From a virus: a DNA stretch of 64,000 bases. Location of the stretch: IMG/VR virus record IMGVR_UViG_3300042691_044733, positions 1 through 64,000 of that record; one strand, 5' to 3'. This document shows, in pieces, positions 19,913 through 27,966 of this stretch. A program made the translations under genes and the position numbers. Under the pieces are notes generated by a model, which made no database searches, was not told the DNA's origin, and was given only the letters and a program-made list of their open reading frames with translations. Numbering within the stretch: position 1 is the stretch's first letter; every line of letters begins with the position of its first letter.

Positions 19913-20917
19913 ATGAATAAACATACAGTTTATGTACCTAAACCTGAAGTTCTTAATGAGGGATATTCTACTGCTGACTTTAATAGTTTAGAAGCATATG
20001 TATTTACTCCAGAAGAATTAAAACAACTTCTTTCAGAATATACTAATAGAATTGTTGAAAATACTAAAATAACTAACGATTATGGTAGTGGTGGAGAACT
20101 GTTTGATTGCATAGATAAAGAATCAATTACATCTCAACTTCCTAAATTTTTAAAAGAAAAAGGAATATGACTAGAAAACAATGTATTAAAATACTTCCTG
20201 TAATAACAGCATTTGCAGAAGGTAAACATATTGAATATTGGGATAGTATGCAAATTGTTGGAACTTTTAAAAGAGGCATGTGGAAAACTGCCGATAACAT
20301 TGGATTTGGGGTTGGATGTTCAAATTACAGAATGATTGAAAACGGAGTGGTACATTATTTTGATGGAAGACCTTCTGTCACAGATAGTTTAAACAAATAT
20401 ATATTTTAAAAGAAAAAGGTTATGAATAACTTATTAAGAATTAAATAAAAATGACAAAACCAGGATTTGTAAAGAAAAGAATTGATGCTTTATTCAAATC
20501 CTCAGATGAGGATAGTAAAGAGCAAATTGTAGAATTATTTGGTAATTACCGAAACAATGTAAAAAGTGTTTGCTATTGTGGAATAGTAAATATTTGTAGT
20601 TGTCCTAATCCAGATCTAATAGGATTTAAAATAGCATTACAAGATGGTTTTATATCAGAAGAAACTCTTTTAAAAATTATAAAATGACTCAATTAATTAA
20701 ACTTTGTTTTAGTGTAATTCTTATAGGATTAGTTTTACCTGTTTTTACTTTAATTTTTAGGATTTATGATTTTATAAATGTATATATAGAAAGAGATCCT
20801 CTATGGGATCACATTGTTTTTTATCTAAACTATGTAATTATGGTTTATTTAGTTTATAAAATTGTATTTTTTAAAGAAACTTCTAAAACTGAAAAAAATG
20901 AACATATTTCTGGATGA
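19913..20917 (+). other. Run of four small hypothetical ORFs (19913-20170, 20167-20409, 20451-20687, 20684-20917)
   Basis: ORF track; ATGA-coupled pairs. Confidence 0.6.
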
Positions 20918-21296
20918 TGTAAGAAATCCAAGTGATTGTGCTAGTTATATGCACAAAAGAATTGGTTTGGCTAATTCAATTTACATAAATGAATCATGGG
21001 TTGTCGTAAGAAATTTTGAAGATTTTCAAAAAGTAGTTGAAGAAAATCTTGGTAAAATTTCAACTATTAGTTTTGATCATGACTTGGCAGATTCACATTA
21101 TGATCCTTCAATGTATGAAAGTTATGAAAAATATGAAGAAGCTATTAAAAATGTAAAAGAAAAAACAGGGTATGATTGTGCTATTTGGTTTAAAGAACTT
21201 TATATTTTAAAAGATTTAGCTTTTCCTGTTATTGTAGTACATTCTATGAATCCAGTTGGAACTCGAAGAATAAATCAAGTATTTGAAGACAATTGA
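20898..21296 (+). CDS. Cyclic-phosphate-processing receiver-domain protein
   Basis: IFLDDVRNP, ISFDHDL, TGYDCAIW and VHSMNPVG motifs. Confidence 0.8.
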   Translation: MNIFLDDVRNPSDCASYMHKRIGLANSIYINESWVVVRNFEDFQKVVEENLGKISTISFDHDLADSHYDPSMYESYEKYEEAIKNVKEKTGYDCAIWFKELYILKDLAFPVIVVHSMNPVGTRRINQVFEDN

Positions 21297-21302
21297 GATA
21301 TA

Positions 21303-21584
21303 TTGGAAGAAATAACTTCTGATGAATGGGAGTTTTATTACTGGAGAAAAGGAACAAGTGGTAATTTTAGATCAAATATGTATGCAACATATTTTAGTGC
21401 AGATGCAATCAATAGAAGTCTTTTGAGAAAAACTTTTCCTTGGTTGCAAGTAGCAGAAGATTTTCAAAATTGTCCTGGGTATAATGAACTTTATAATGCT
21501 GTAATAGAAGCATTGGAAAAAGCAAATGATTCAGAATCAGTAACAAGTGATCTTGGAGATAAAATGCTTGATTTCTTGTTTTAA
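21303..21584 (+). CDS. Hypothetical protein
   Basis: ORF track. Confidence 0.55.
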   Translation: MEEITSDEWEFYYWRKGTSGNFRSNMYATYFSADAINRSLLRKTFPWLQVAEDFQNCPGYNELYNAVIEALEKANDSESVTSDLGDKMLDFLF

Positions 21585-21700
21585 AAATATACTCATAGCT
21601 TCAGTTTTACAGTTACATAACTAGGGTGTTAGATTTACATTTTTAGTGTTGTGAGTAAAGTATAAGTTTGAGTATTATAACCGAAAGTCATGTTATAGCA

Positions 21701-21790
21701 CTCTTTAGCGGGGGTTCGAATCCCCTCTCCCCATCTATTTTATTTTTTATATTGGGGAGTGGACAAGGGGTTAAGTCAAAGAGATTCAGT
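21701..21790 (+). tRNA. Circularly permuted tRNA-like gene (3' half 21701-21734 precedes 5' half 21753-~21790); possible anticodon TCA
   Basis: 3' half: CTCTT-TAGC-GGGGG TTCGAAT CCCCT-CTCCCCA-T. 5' half: TGGGGAG-TG-GAC AAGGGGTTAA GTC-A-AAGAG. Acceptor and anticodon stems pair across the two halves. Confidence 0.75.
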
Positions 21791-21864
21791 TATAAAATAA
21801 TATGAATACGAGTAGGTATGAATAAATTGAGAGTACGGGATATTGTACTCTCAATTTACTTTAC

Positions 21865-21941
21865 AGAGAGATATGCAAACGGCAAAGCAGTAAGTTTCCC
21901 TAGGATTTGTGTTGGTGTTGGTTCGAATCCAGCTCTCTCTA
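21865..21941 (+). tRNA. tRNA-like gene with aberrant anticodon arm (pseudo-tRNA?)
   Basis: AGAGAGA/TCTCTCT acceptor, TGC/GCA D stem and GTTGG-TTCGAAT-CCAGC T arm; anticodon arm is G-U rich with a non-7-nt loop. Confidence 0.6.
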
Positions 21942-21958
21942 CTAAATTTTTTTTAAAA

Positions 21959-22555
21959 ATGAAAATAGTTTCCCGTTTTAAAGATTATTATGATCATTTG
22001 GTTGGTAAATATGGTTATGATGAAAAAGTAATTTACACAAGAAAAACTATTAAACATAATAAAAGTAGTTATGCTGAAAAGAAAGAAATGATTTATAAAA
22101 CTCTTGATAATTTTGTACAACGTGAGTTTTCAATATTTGATTTAAAAACAGATAAATACTGCCTTTTAATGTATTTAGTAATTGGATCAAGAGTATTTAA
22201 AGGATTGATATATCAAAACAATATAAAATGGAATCTACCTAAAGAAGAAATTGAAGAATTACCAAATTACATTAAATATTACTACCAAAATACTGATATA
22301 ATACAAGTACCTGAAGATGTTCCTGTGTTTATGAGTTTTAAATGTCTTGAAGGAGATATTAAACACAGAAGTTTTTCTTTAGAAAATCCTAATTTATCAA
22401 TGTTTAAGGTCGTGAAGATATTATCTGCTGAAGATTGTTATGTTGAAATATATAACAAACTTATTAAAACAAAAGATGTTCCTGATAATATGACAAATAA
22501 AGAAAAGATTTTATCACATGGTTTTGATTTAAAAAAAAGTTTTAGAAAACGATGA
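21959..22555 (+). CDS. Hypothetical phage protein
   Basis: MKIVSRFKDYYD...HGFDLKKSFR; the ORF-track extension overlaps the tRNA-like gene. Confidence 0.75.
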   Translation: MKIVSRFKDYYDHLVGKYGYDEKVIYTRKTIKHNKSSYAEKKEMIYKTLDNFVQREFSIFDLKTDKYCLLMYLVIGSRVFKGLIYQNNIKWNLPKEEIEELPNYIKYYYQNTDIIQVPEDVPVFMSFKCLEGDIKHRSFSLENPNLSMFKVVKILSAEDCYVEIYNKLIKTKDVPDNMTNKEKILSHGFDLKKSFRKR

Positions 22556-22742
22556 AGACATTATTGCTTACTTGGATATTAACCTTTCAAAATCCTCATT
22601 TTGTGTTTTTGAAAGAAGAAGAATTGAGAATAATTTTTGTGAAACCTCAAAATACTAAATTTAAACCAAGATTTATGAATTCTAAAAAGAATTCTACACA
22701 AGTTTTGTTTAAAAAAAGAATAAACCGAAAAATTTTAGAAAG

Positions 22743-23402
22743 ATGAGAGTAAATAGTATAGAAGAAGCAGAGTTAAAATTTGATAAACTTGATTGTATCA
22801 AAGGTTTTTCAAAAAAAGCAAAGTTTGAAGATTATTATAATTATTATAGGAGTAATAATATTTATCGTGATGTTGAAAGACTTTTGAGAAATAATATTAA
22901 CAAATCTTTTCCTCTTACTTATACTTATGCTAAGAAAAAATTAAGATATAAAGACAGATCTCAAAGAAAATATAAACATCTTTCTTTAGATGGAGTATTT
23001 TTTTATTACTTGAGGTCATTTAAACAAAATACTAATATTTCTCAAATTGAATGGAAATACAGATATGGATATTCTTTAACTTATTATTTAGATAATAATA
23101 TTATAAGACTTGTTCCTAAAAAAAGTGAAAAAAAATTTTGGCATTCAAGCAAATACATTTCTTCTGTTAATGAAAAAAATGAATTTGTTTTAGTTCCTGC
23201 TTGGCAATTTGAGAAAAGAAAAGAAAATCGCAAGAAATACATTCAAGCTCTTCAAAATGACATAAAATCACAAGATAAATCTTTAAGAGATTACAAAGTA
23301 TTAACTGATGAAAAGTTTAGAGAATTATTAAAAAATCACAATAAAAACAAAAACAATGTCAATGATAACAGAGGTCGTGTATTCATTTCCTTCAAAATAT
23401 AA
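22743..23402 (+). CDS. Basic hypothetical protein
   Basis: ORF track. Confidence 0.6.
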   Translation: MRVNSIEEAELKFDKLDCIKGFSKKAKFEDYYNYYRSNNIYRDVERLLRNNINKSFPLTYTYAKKKLRYKDRSQRKYKHLSLDGVFFYYLRSFKQNTNISQIEWKYRYGYSLTYYLDNNIIRLVPKKSEKKFWHSSKYISSVNEKNEFVLVPAWQFEKRKENRKKYIQALQNDIKSQDKSLRDYKVLTDEKFRELLKNHNKNKNNVNDNRGRVFISFKI

Positions 23403-23619
23403 AGAAGGTTTAACTGAGAAAGAAATATCTGAGATAATAAATTTAATTTCATTATCTGAAACTAATTCAGAAACAACATTTGATGACGTAATTATTGCAC
23501 TTGGTAATAAAGGTGGTATTTTAGGTTTTAGTGATGATTCGTCAGAAATTCTCTATTCTAGATATGCCTTAGAGAAAATGTTAATAGATTTAACAGACAT
23601 TCCTCATGATGGTGAGTAA
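23356..23619 (+). CDS. Hypothetical protein
   Basis: ORF track. Confidence 0.55.
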   Translation: MSMITEVVYSFPSKYKEGLTEKEISEIINLISLSETNSETTFDDVIIALGNKGGILGFSDDSSEILYSRYALEKMLIDLTDIPHDGE

Positions 23620-23906
23620 AGAAAGTATAATTTTGTTCTTGTTTCTTATTACAGGAATATATGTTAATATTTCTCTTATAGAGCAGAACTTTGATTTCAC
23701 AACTTGGAAAACAAAACCAAGTGTATTACAGCTAATAATTGCAATTTTAATATGTTTCGCACTTTCAATAATTTTTAATCCATGAAATATACAAACAAAC
23801 AAAAAAAACTTGCTGGTAGAATTAATCACTTTTCTACTGACAGAACAATTCAGGAATCAAACAAAAAACACCCTGGTTCTTATACAAAACCTGGAAGTTA
23901 CAACAA

Positions 23907-24104
23907 ATGAGCACAAAAAATTTGTGGTGGGGTTATTTACATCAAAATGGAAGTTTAATAATTAAAAGATATTTATCGGAAGATGATGTTCTTGAAGCAC
24001 TAGAAAGTGATTTCTGTGTTAAAATATTCAATCCCTTTTGGGCAACGACCCGTCAAGATGCACTAAATCAAATAAATAACAAATTAAAAAATGGCAACAA
24101 TTAA
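23907..24104 (+). CDS. Hypothetical protein
   Basis: ORF track; WWGYLHQNGS motif. Confidence 0.65.
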   Translation: MSTKNLWWGYLHQNGSLIIKRYLSEDDVLEALESDFCVKIFNPFWATTRQDALNQINNKLKNGNN

Positions 24105-24336
24105 TAAAACAAAAGCAGTTGAGATTATTTCTTCAACGGCAGGTAAGTTCTTCACAGTAACTTTTCTTAAAAAAAATGGTGAAAAAAGAACTATTAACGG
24201 AAATTGTAAAAAAAATTGTCTCGACAAGTTGGGATATATTCTGGTAAATGATCTTCAGAAAAAAGAAAAAAGAAAAATCAATACCAGAGAAATTAAACAA
24301 CTGGTTTTTAATGGTATAACTTATAATGTAAAATAA
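24091..24336 (+). CDS. SH3/WYL-like beta-barrel phage protein
   Basis: FFTVTFLKKNGEKRTING...YILVNDL...R.IN. Confidence 0.6.
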   Translation: MATINKTKAVEIISSTAGKFFTVTFLKKNGEKRTINGNCKKNCLDKLGYILVNDLQKKEKRKINTREIKQLVFNGITYNVK

Positions 24337-24338
24337 CA

Positions 24339-24725
24339 ATGGAAAGTACCGAAGAAAAAGTAGCTATAGATGCTACAAAAGGGATTAACAGTTTAGCAGA
24401 CTCTCTATCGCGTTCTGGATCTCAGATCAAAAAAGATCGTGCACTTGAGATTTCAGAAGGTATTGAAATTGATCTCAAACGTAAAATTGAAGATTTACAA
24501 AGAGAAATCAAAATCAAAGAACGCCAGAAAAAATCTGCAATTGATATGTCTCCTGATAATGCGTTCAGCATTATAAAAACAAAAGATTTTGATCCTTTAG
24601 AATTCATTAATAATTATGACAGTTTGAATCTTCAATTGAGAGAACTCAAAATAAAACTGAATAATTCTTGTAAAAGTTATAATGAACTTTTTGGAAACAT
24701 TTACGAAATTGAAAAAATAGATTAA
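24339..24725 (+). CDS. Hypothetical coiled-coil protein
   Basis: ORF track. Confidence 0.7.
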   Translation: MESTEEKVAIDATKGINSLADSLSRSGSQIKKDRALEISEGIEIDLKRKIEDLQREIKIKERQKKSAIDMSPDNAFSIIKTKDFDPLEFINNYDSLNLQLRELKIKLNNSCKSYNELFGNIYEIEKID

Positions 24726-24728
24726 AAA

Positions 24729-25157
24729 ATGGGAAGTTCAGTTTATGATTCAAGCTCTAGAGCTATAAGAGCTGATAAAGCAGGATATGCTACTAAATCA
24801 AAAGAAGAGATTTTTGCTAAAAGTATTCATGAAACACTTGATTCAAGAAAAGTTGTTTTTAGAGAATGCAGAGATAGTAATATTCATCCTGAAGCAATTC
24901 CTGTAATAATTGCTTTGGATGTTACAGGATCTATGGGTAGAATACCTCATAATCTCATAAAAACTGGTTTACCTCATATAATGCAATCTTTGATTGATTC
25001 TGGTATTGAACATTGTTCAGTATGTTTTATTGCAGTAGGTGATCACATTTCAGATAAATTTCCAATGCAGATTGCACAATTTGAATCTGGAGACCTTGAA
25101 CTTGATACTCATCTTCAAAGAACTTTTCTTGAAGGTAATGGTGGAGGTAATGGTGGT
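24729..25157 (+). CDS. vWA-domain protein, exon 1
   Basis: MIDAS motif ALDVTGSMG; exon ends EGNGGGNGG. Confidence 0.85.
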
Positions 25158-26246
25158 AATAGCTAATATTTTTTTTTGTTTTAGCTTTCATGTTTCGTAT
25201 ATTTATATATGAGACAAACAACTATAGAAAAATTTGAAAAATTTGATGTAATCAATTTATATGAAAAACAAAATATTTCATTAAATAAACTATCTGATTT
25301 AGTGAAGACTAAACCAGAAACAATATCTAAATATTTAAAATTTAAAGGAATAAAAATCCTTAATAGAGGAAGTTTAGGTATGAATAAATCAGGTAAAAAA
25401 TTTAATGAGTTTGTTTTTGATAAAATCGATTCTGAAGAAAAAGCTTATTGGTTAGGTTTTATTTTTGCAGACGGATATATTTCTTTAAAACATAATGTTT
25501 TTGAAATTTCGTTATCTGCAAAAGATAAAGAACACCTTGAAAAATTTAATTCTTTTATGAACTACAAAGGAAATAATCTAAAATTTAGATTATGCAAAAA
25601 ATTATTTCCAGTGTATAGATGGAATATTAGAAATTTACATTTAGTAAAAACATTAAATTCTTTAGGGTGTAAACCAAATAAAAGTTTAATTTTAGAGTTT
25701 CCTAAAAAATCATTTATTAAAAAATCTTTAATAAGACATTTTATAAGAGGTTATTTTGATGGAGATGGCTGTATTTCAACAACTTTTAGATCTATTAATT
25801 TATTAGGAACTGAAAATATGTTAGAAAACATTAAAAATTATTCTAAAATAAAAACTAAATCTAAACTTTATTGCAAAAATAATAGTAAAATTACTAAAAT
25901 TTTTCAATTAAATAGTTTAAAAGCTTTAGAATTTTTAAATTTTATTTATAAAGATAGTTGTATTTATTTAGAAAGAAAATACAATAAATATTTAGAATTT
26001 TGCCGTTTATATAAGTAATTATATAAATCATTATTGGGGAAAATCGAAGAACTCTGCGATGAGAACATCGAGATTGCTAATAACAGTTAGTGATTGTAAC
26101 GCATAGAGATTGAGCATTATTGTAAGCAAAAATATCTCCAAGAGTCTCCGACACCCTTATGTCTTAGGGTGAAAATATATGCTGAACTTACAAGAATAAG
26201 AATTGTAAGAACTATAGGATAAAAAGCTTGTAGGATAACATAATTG
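25158..26246 (+). mobile_element. Group I intron with LAGLIDADG ORF
   Basis: 5' site GGT|AATAGCT (U-G in P1), terminal G at 26246, P7 GCATA (GTAACGCATAGA) / TATGC (AATATATGCTGAAC). Splicing joins GGGNGG to ESY in frame. Confidence 0.85.
25209..26018 (+). CDS. Intron-encoded LAGLIDADG homing endonuclease
   Basis: AYWLGFIFADGYI and HFIRGYFDGDGCI motifs. Confidence 0.9.
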   Translation: MRQTTIEKFEKFDVINLYEKQNISLNKLSDLVKTKPETISKYLKFKGIKILNRGSLGMNKSGKKFNEFVFDKIDSEEKAYWLGFIFADGYISLKHNVFEISLSAKDKEHLEKFNSFMNYKGNNLKFRLCKKLFPVYRWNIRNLHLVKTLNSLGCKPNKSLILEFPKKSFIKKSLIRHFIRGYFDGDGCISTTFRSINLLGTENMLENIKNYSKIKTKSKLYCKNNSKITKIFQLNSLKALEFLNFIYKDSCIYLERKYNKYLEFCRLYK

Positions 26247-26699
26247 GAAAGTTACTTCTTACCTTGGTTTTTTGGAAGTGAAATGACTAAGACAGATCAT
26301 TGGGAGAAAAGAAAGCAAAAAGGAATTTTGATTACTATTGGTGATGAACACTGTCACAAGAACATTACACCAAAAGATCTTATTAATATTTTTACTAGTT
26401 CTGAATCAGAACTTTTAAAATCAGAAGCCAGATCAATAAATGTAAGTGAAATCTACGAAAAGTGCTCTAAGAAATATGAAATTTTTCATTTAAATCTTTC
26501 CAGAGATAAAGATATTCGCGATTCTTGGAATAAACTGATTGGAGAAAGATCTCTTCTGATTGAAGAAAGTGAGATAACAGATAAAATTATTCAGGTGATT
26601 AAATCTGTTGTAAATCTTCCTACTTCTGATGTAAAAGATACTCCTTCTGTAGAGAAAAAAAACAATGATTCATTACCCGAAATTAAAATAACTTTATGA
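26247..26699 (+). CDS. vWA-domain protein, exon 2 (spliced product 293 aa)
   Basis: ESY...GILITIGDE completes the vWA/MIDAS domain. Confidence 0.85.
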   Translation, partial: ESYFLPWFFGSEMTKTDHWEKRKQKGILITIGDEHCHKNITPKDLINIFTSSESELLKSEARSINVSEIYEKCSKKYEIFHLNLSRDKDIRDSWNKLIGERSLLIEESEITDKIIQVIKSVVNLPTSDVKDTPSVEKKNNDSLPEIKITL

Positions 26700-27784
26700 G
26701 AAAATTTGTAATTGATCTTGGATTTGGAGATTCTGGAAAAGGTATCACAACAGCAAGACTTGTTAAAGAGTTAAATGCTGATAATAAAACTTGGGTTGTT
26801 AAATTTAACGGAGGTGCCCAAGCAGGACATACTGTTATGATTAAAAAACCTGACGGTACTGAAATATCACATGTTTTTTCACAAGTTGGTAGTGGGACCT
26901 TTTTTGGTGCTAAAACTCTTGTAACTAGTGACTGTGCTATTTACATACCTTCTTTAGTTCGTGAATTTAAAATTCTCAAAGAGTTAGGTTATGTTCCTGA
27001 ATATGCAACAGAAAACAGAGTAATGCTTACTACTCCATTTGACATTGATTTTAACAGAAAAAATGCTAAAATGATTCAAAATGGTTCAGTAGGTATGGGC
27101 TTTGGTGCTACAGTACAGAGAACTCTTGATCATTATGGTATTTACATGACAGATCTCAATTGTCTTGAAGGACTTGATTATAAATTACGTAATATTGCAA
27201 AATATTACGGATTTACTGATGAAAAGTACATTGAGAAACAAATTGCTTATTTTATGGATTCTATAGATGAATTTGGTGAACTTGGAAATGTATCTTTAGA
27301 GTCTTTAGATCTGTTGATGGAAGATAAAGATTTAAATTTTGTATTTGAATCTTCTCAAGGAACAATGTTAGATCAACATTTTGGATTTTTTCCAAATGTA
27401 ACTCGTAGTAATACTACTTTACAAAATGTTGTAAAGTACATTAATGTAGATTCAGAAATTCATTTTGTTTCTAGAACATACACTACAAGACATGGAAATG
27501 GACCGTTGTTTGGAGAACATGAAGTTCCTATATTAAATCCATATGAAACAAATAAATCACATGATTTTCAGGGAGAGTTTAGAACTGCCCCACTAAAAGT
27601 GGATCAATTTACTTATGCTCTTGCTGTTAATTTGAGTTTCTTAAAATTTAAAATGGGAACAAATTTAAATCTTCATTTTACTTGTAGTGATATTGTTCCT
27701 AAATCAAAAATAAATCCTGTTCTATTAAATTTTATAGAAAGTGCTGGTGTGAACTGTAAATTTTACGATACACCATTTGTTTAA
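26696..27784 (+). CDS. Adenylosuccinate synthetase-like protein (divergent PurA family)
   Basis: DLGFGDSGKG, NGGAQAGHTV, GSVGMGFG, FESSQG.MLD, PNVTRS and RTYTTRHGNGP motifs. Confidence 0.85.
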   Translation: MRKFVIDLGFGDSGKGITTARLVKELNADNKTWVVKFNGGAQAGHTVMIKKPDGTEISHVFSQVGSGTFFGAKTLVTSDCAIYIPSLVREFKILKELGYVPEYATENRVMLTTPFDIDFNRKNAKMIQNGSVGMGFGATVQRTLDHYGIYMTDLNCLEGLDYKLRNIAKYYGFTDEKYIEKQIAYFMDSIDEFGELGNVSLESLDLLMEDKDLNFVFESSQGTMLDQHFGFFPNVTRSNTTLQNVVKYINVDSEIHFVSRTYTTRHGNGPLFGEHEVPILNPYETNKSHDFQGEFRTAPLKVDQFTYALAVNLSFLKFKMGTNLNLHFTCSDIVPKSKINPVLLNFIESAGVNCKFYDTPFV

Positions 27785-27869
27785 ATTTAACTCAAAGCAA
27801 CTATACAAAAAATACCTTTGTGCTTTGGGACTAAGATAGGGGAAATGGTATTTGATACCCCTATATCAT

Positions 27870-27940
27870 AGATCTGTAGTATAATGGCAGTACAACTGAT
27901 TTTGGTTCAGTTTGTTTAGGTTCGAATCCTGACAGATCTA
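27870..27940 (+). tRNA. tRNA-Gln(TTG)
   Basis: AGATCTG/CAGATCT acceptor; ACTGA-TTTTGGT-TCAGT anticodon arm; GGTTCGAATCC. Confidence 0.9.
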
Positions 27941-27966
27941 CTAATTTTATAAACCAATTTATTATT

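Noticed and set aside
21590-21810. Permuted group I intron around the permuted tRNA
   Set aside because: No recognisable P7/R/S core in either flank.
21590-21860. Two-piece (permuted) tmRNA
   Set aside because: The order of pieces is similar, but there is a true D stem, no G3-U70 alanine determinant, a U discriminator and no convincing tag frame.
21818-21958. N-terminal extension of ORF 21818..22555 (likewise ORF 14335..14595)
   Set aside because: Both overlap tRNA genes; downstream ATGs (21959, 14485) are more plausible starts.
26696-27784. PurZ (2-aminoadenine DNA pathway)
   Set aside because: The P-loop has Asp (GDSGKG) as in PurA, not the Ser of PurZ, and no DatZ-like gene is adjacent.
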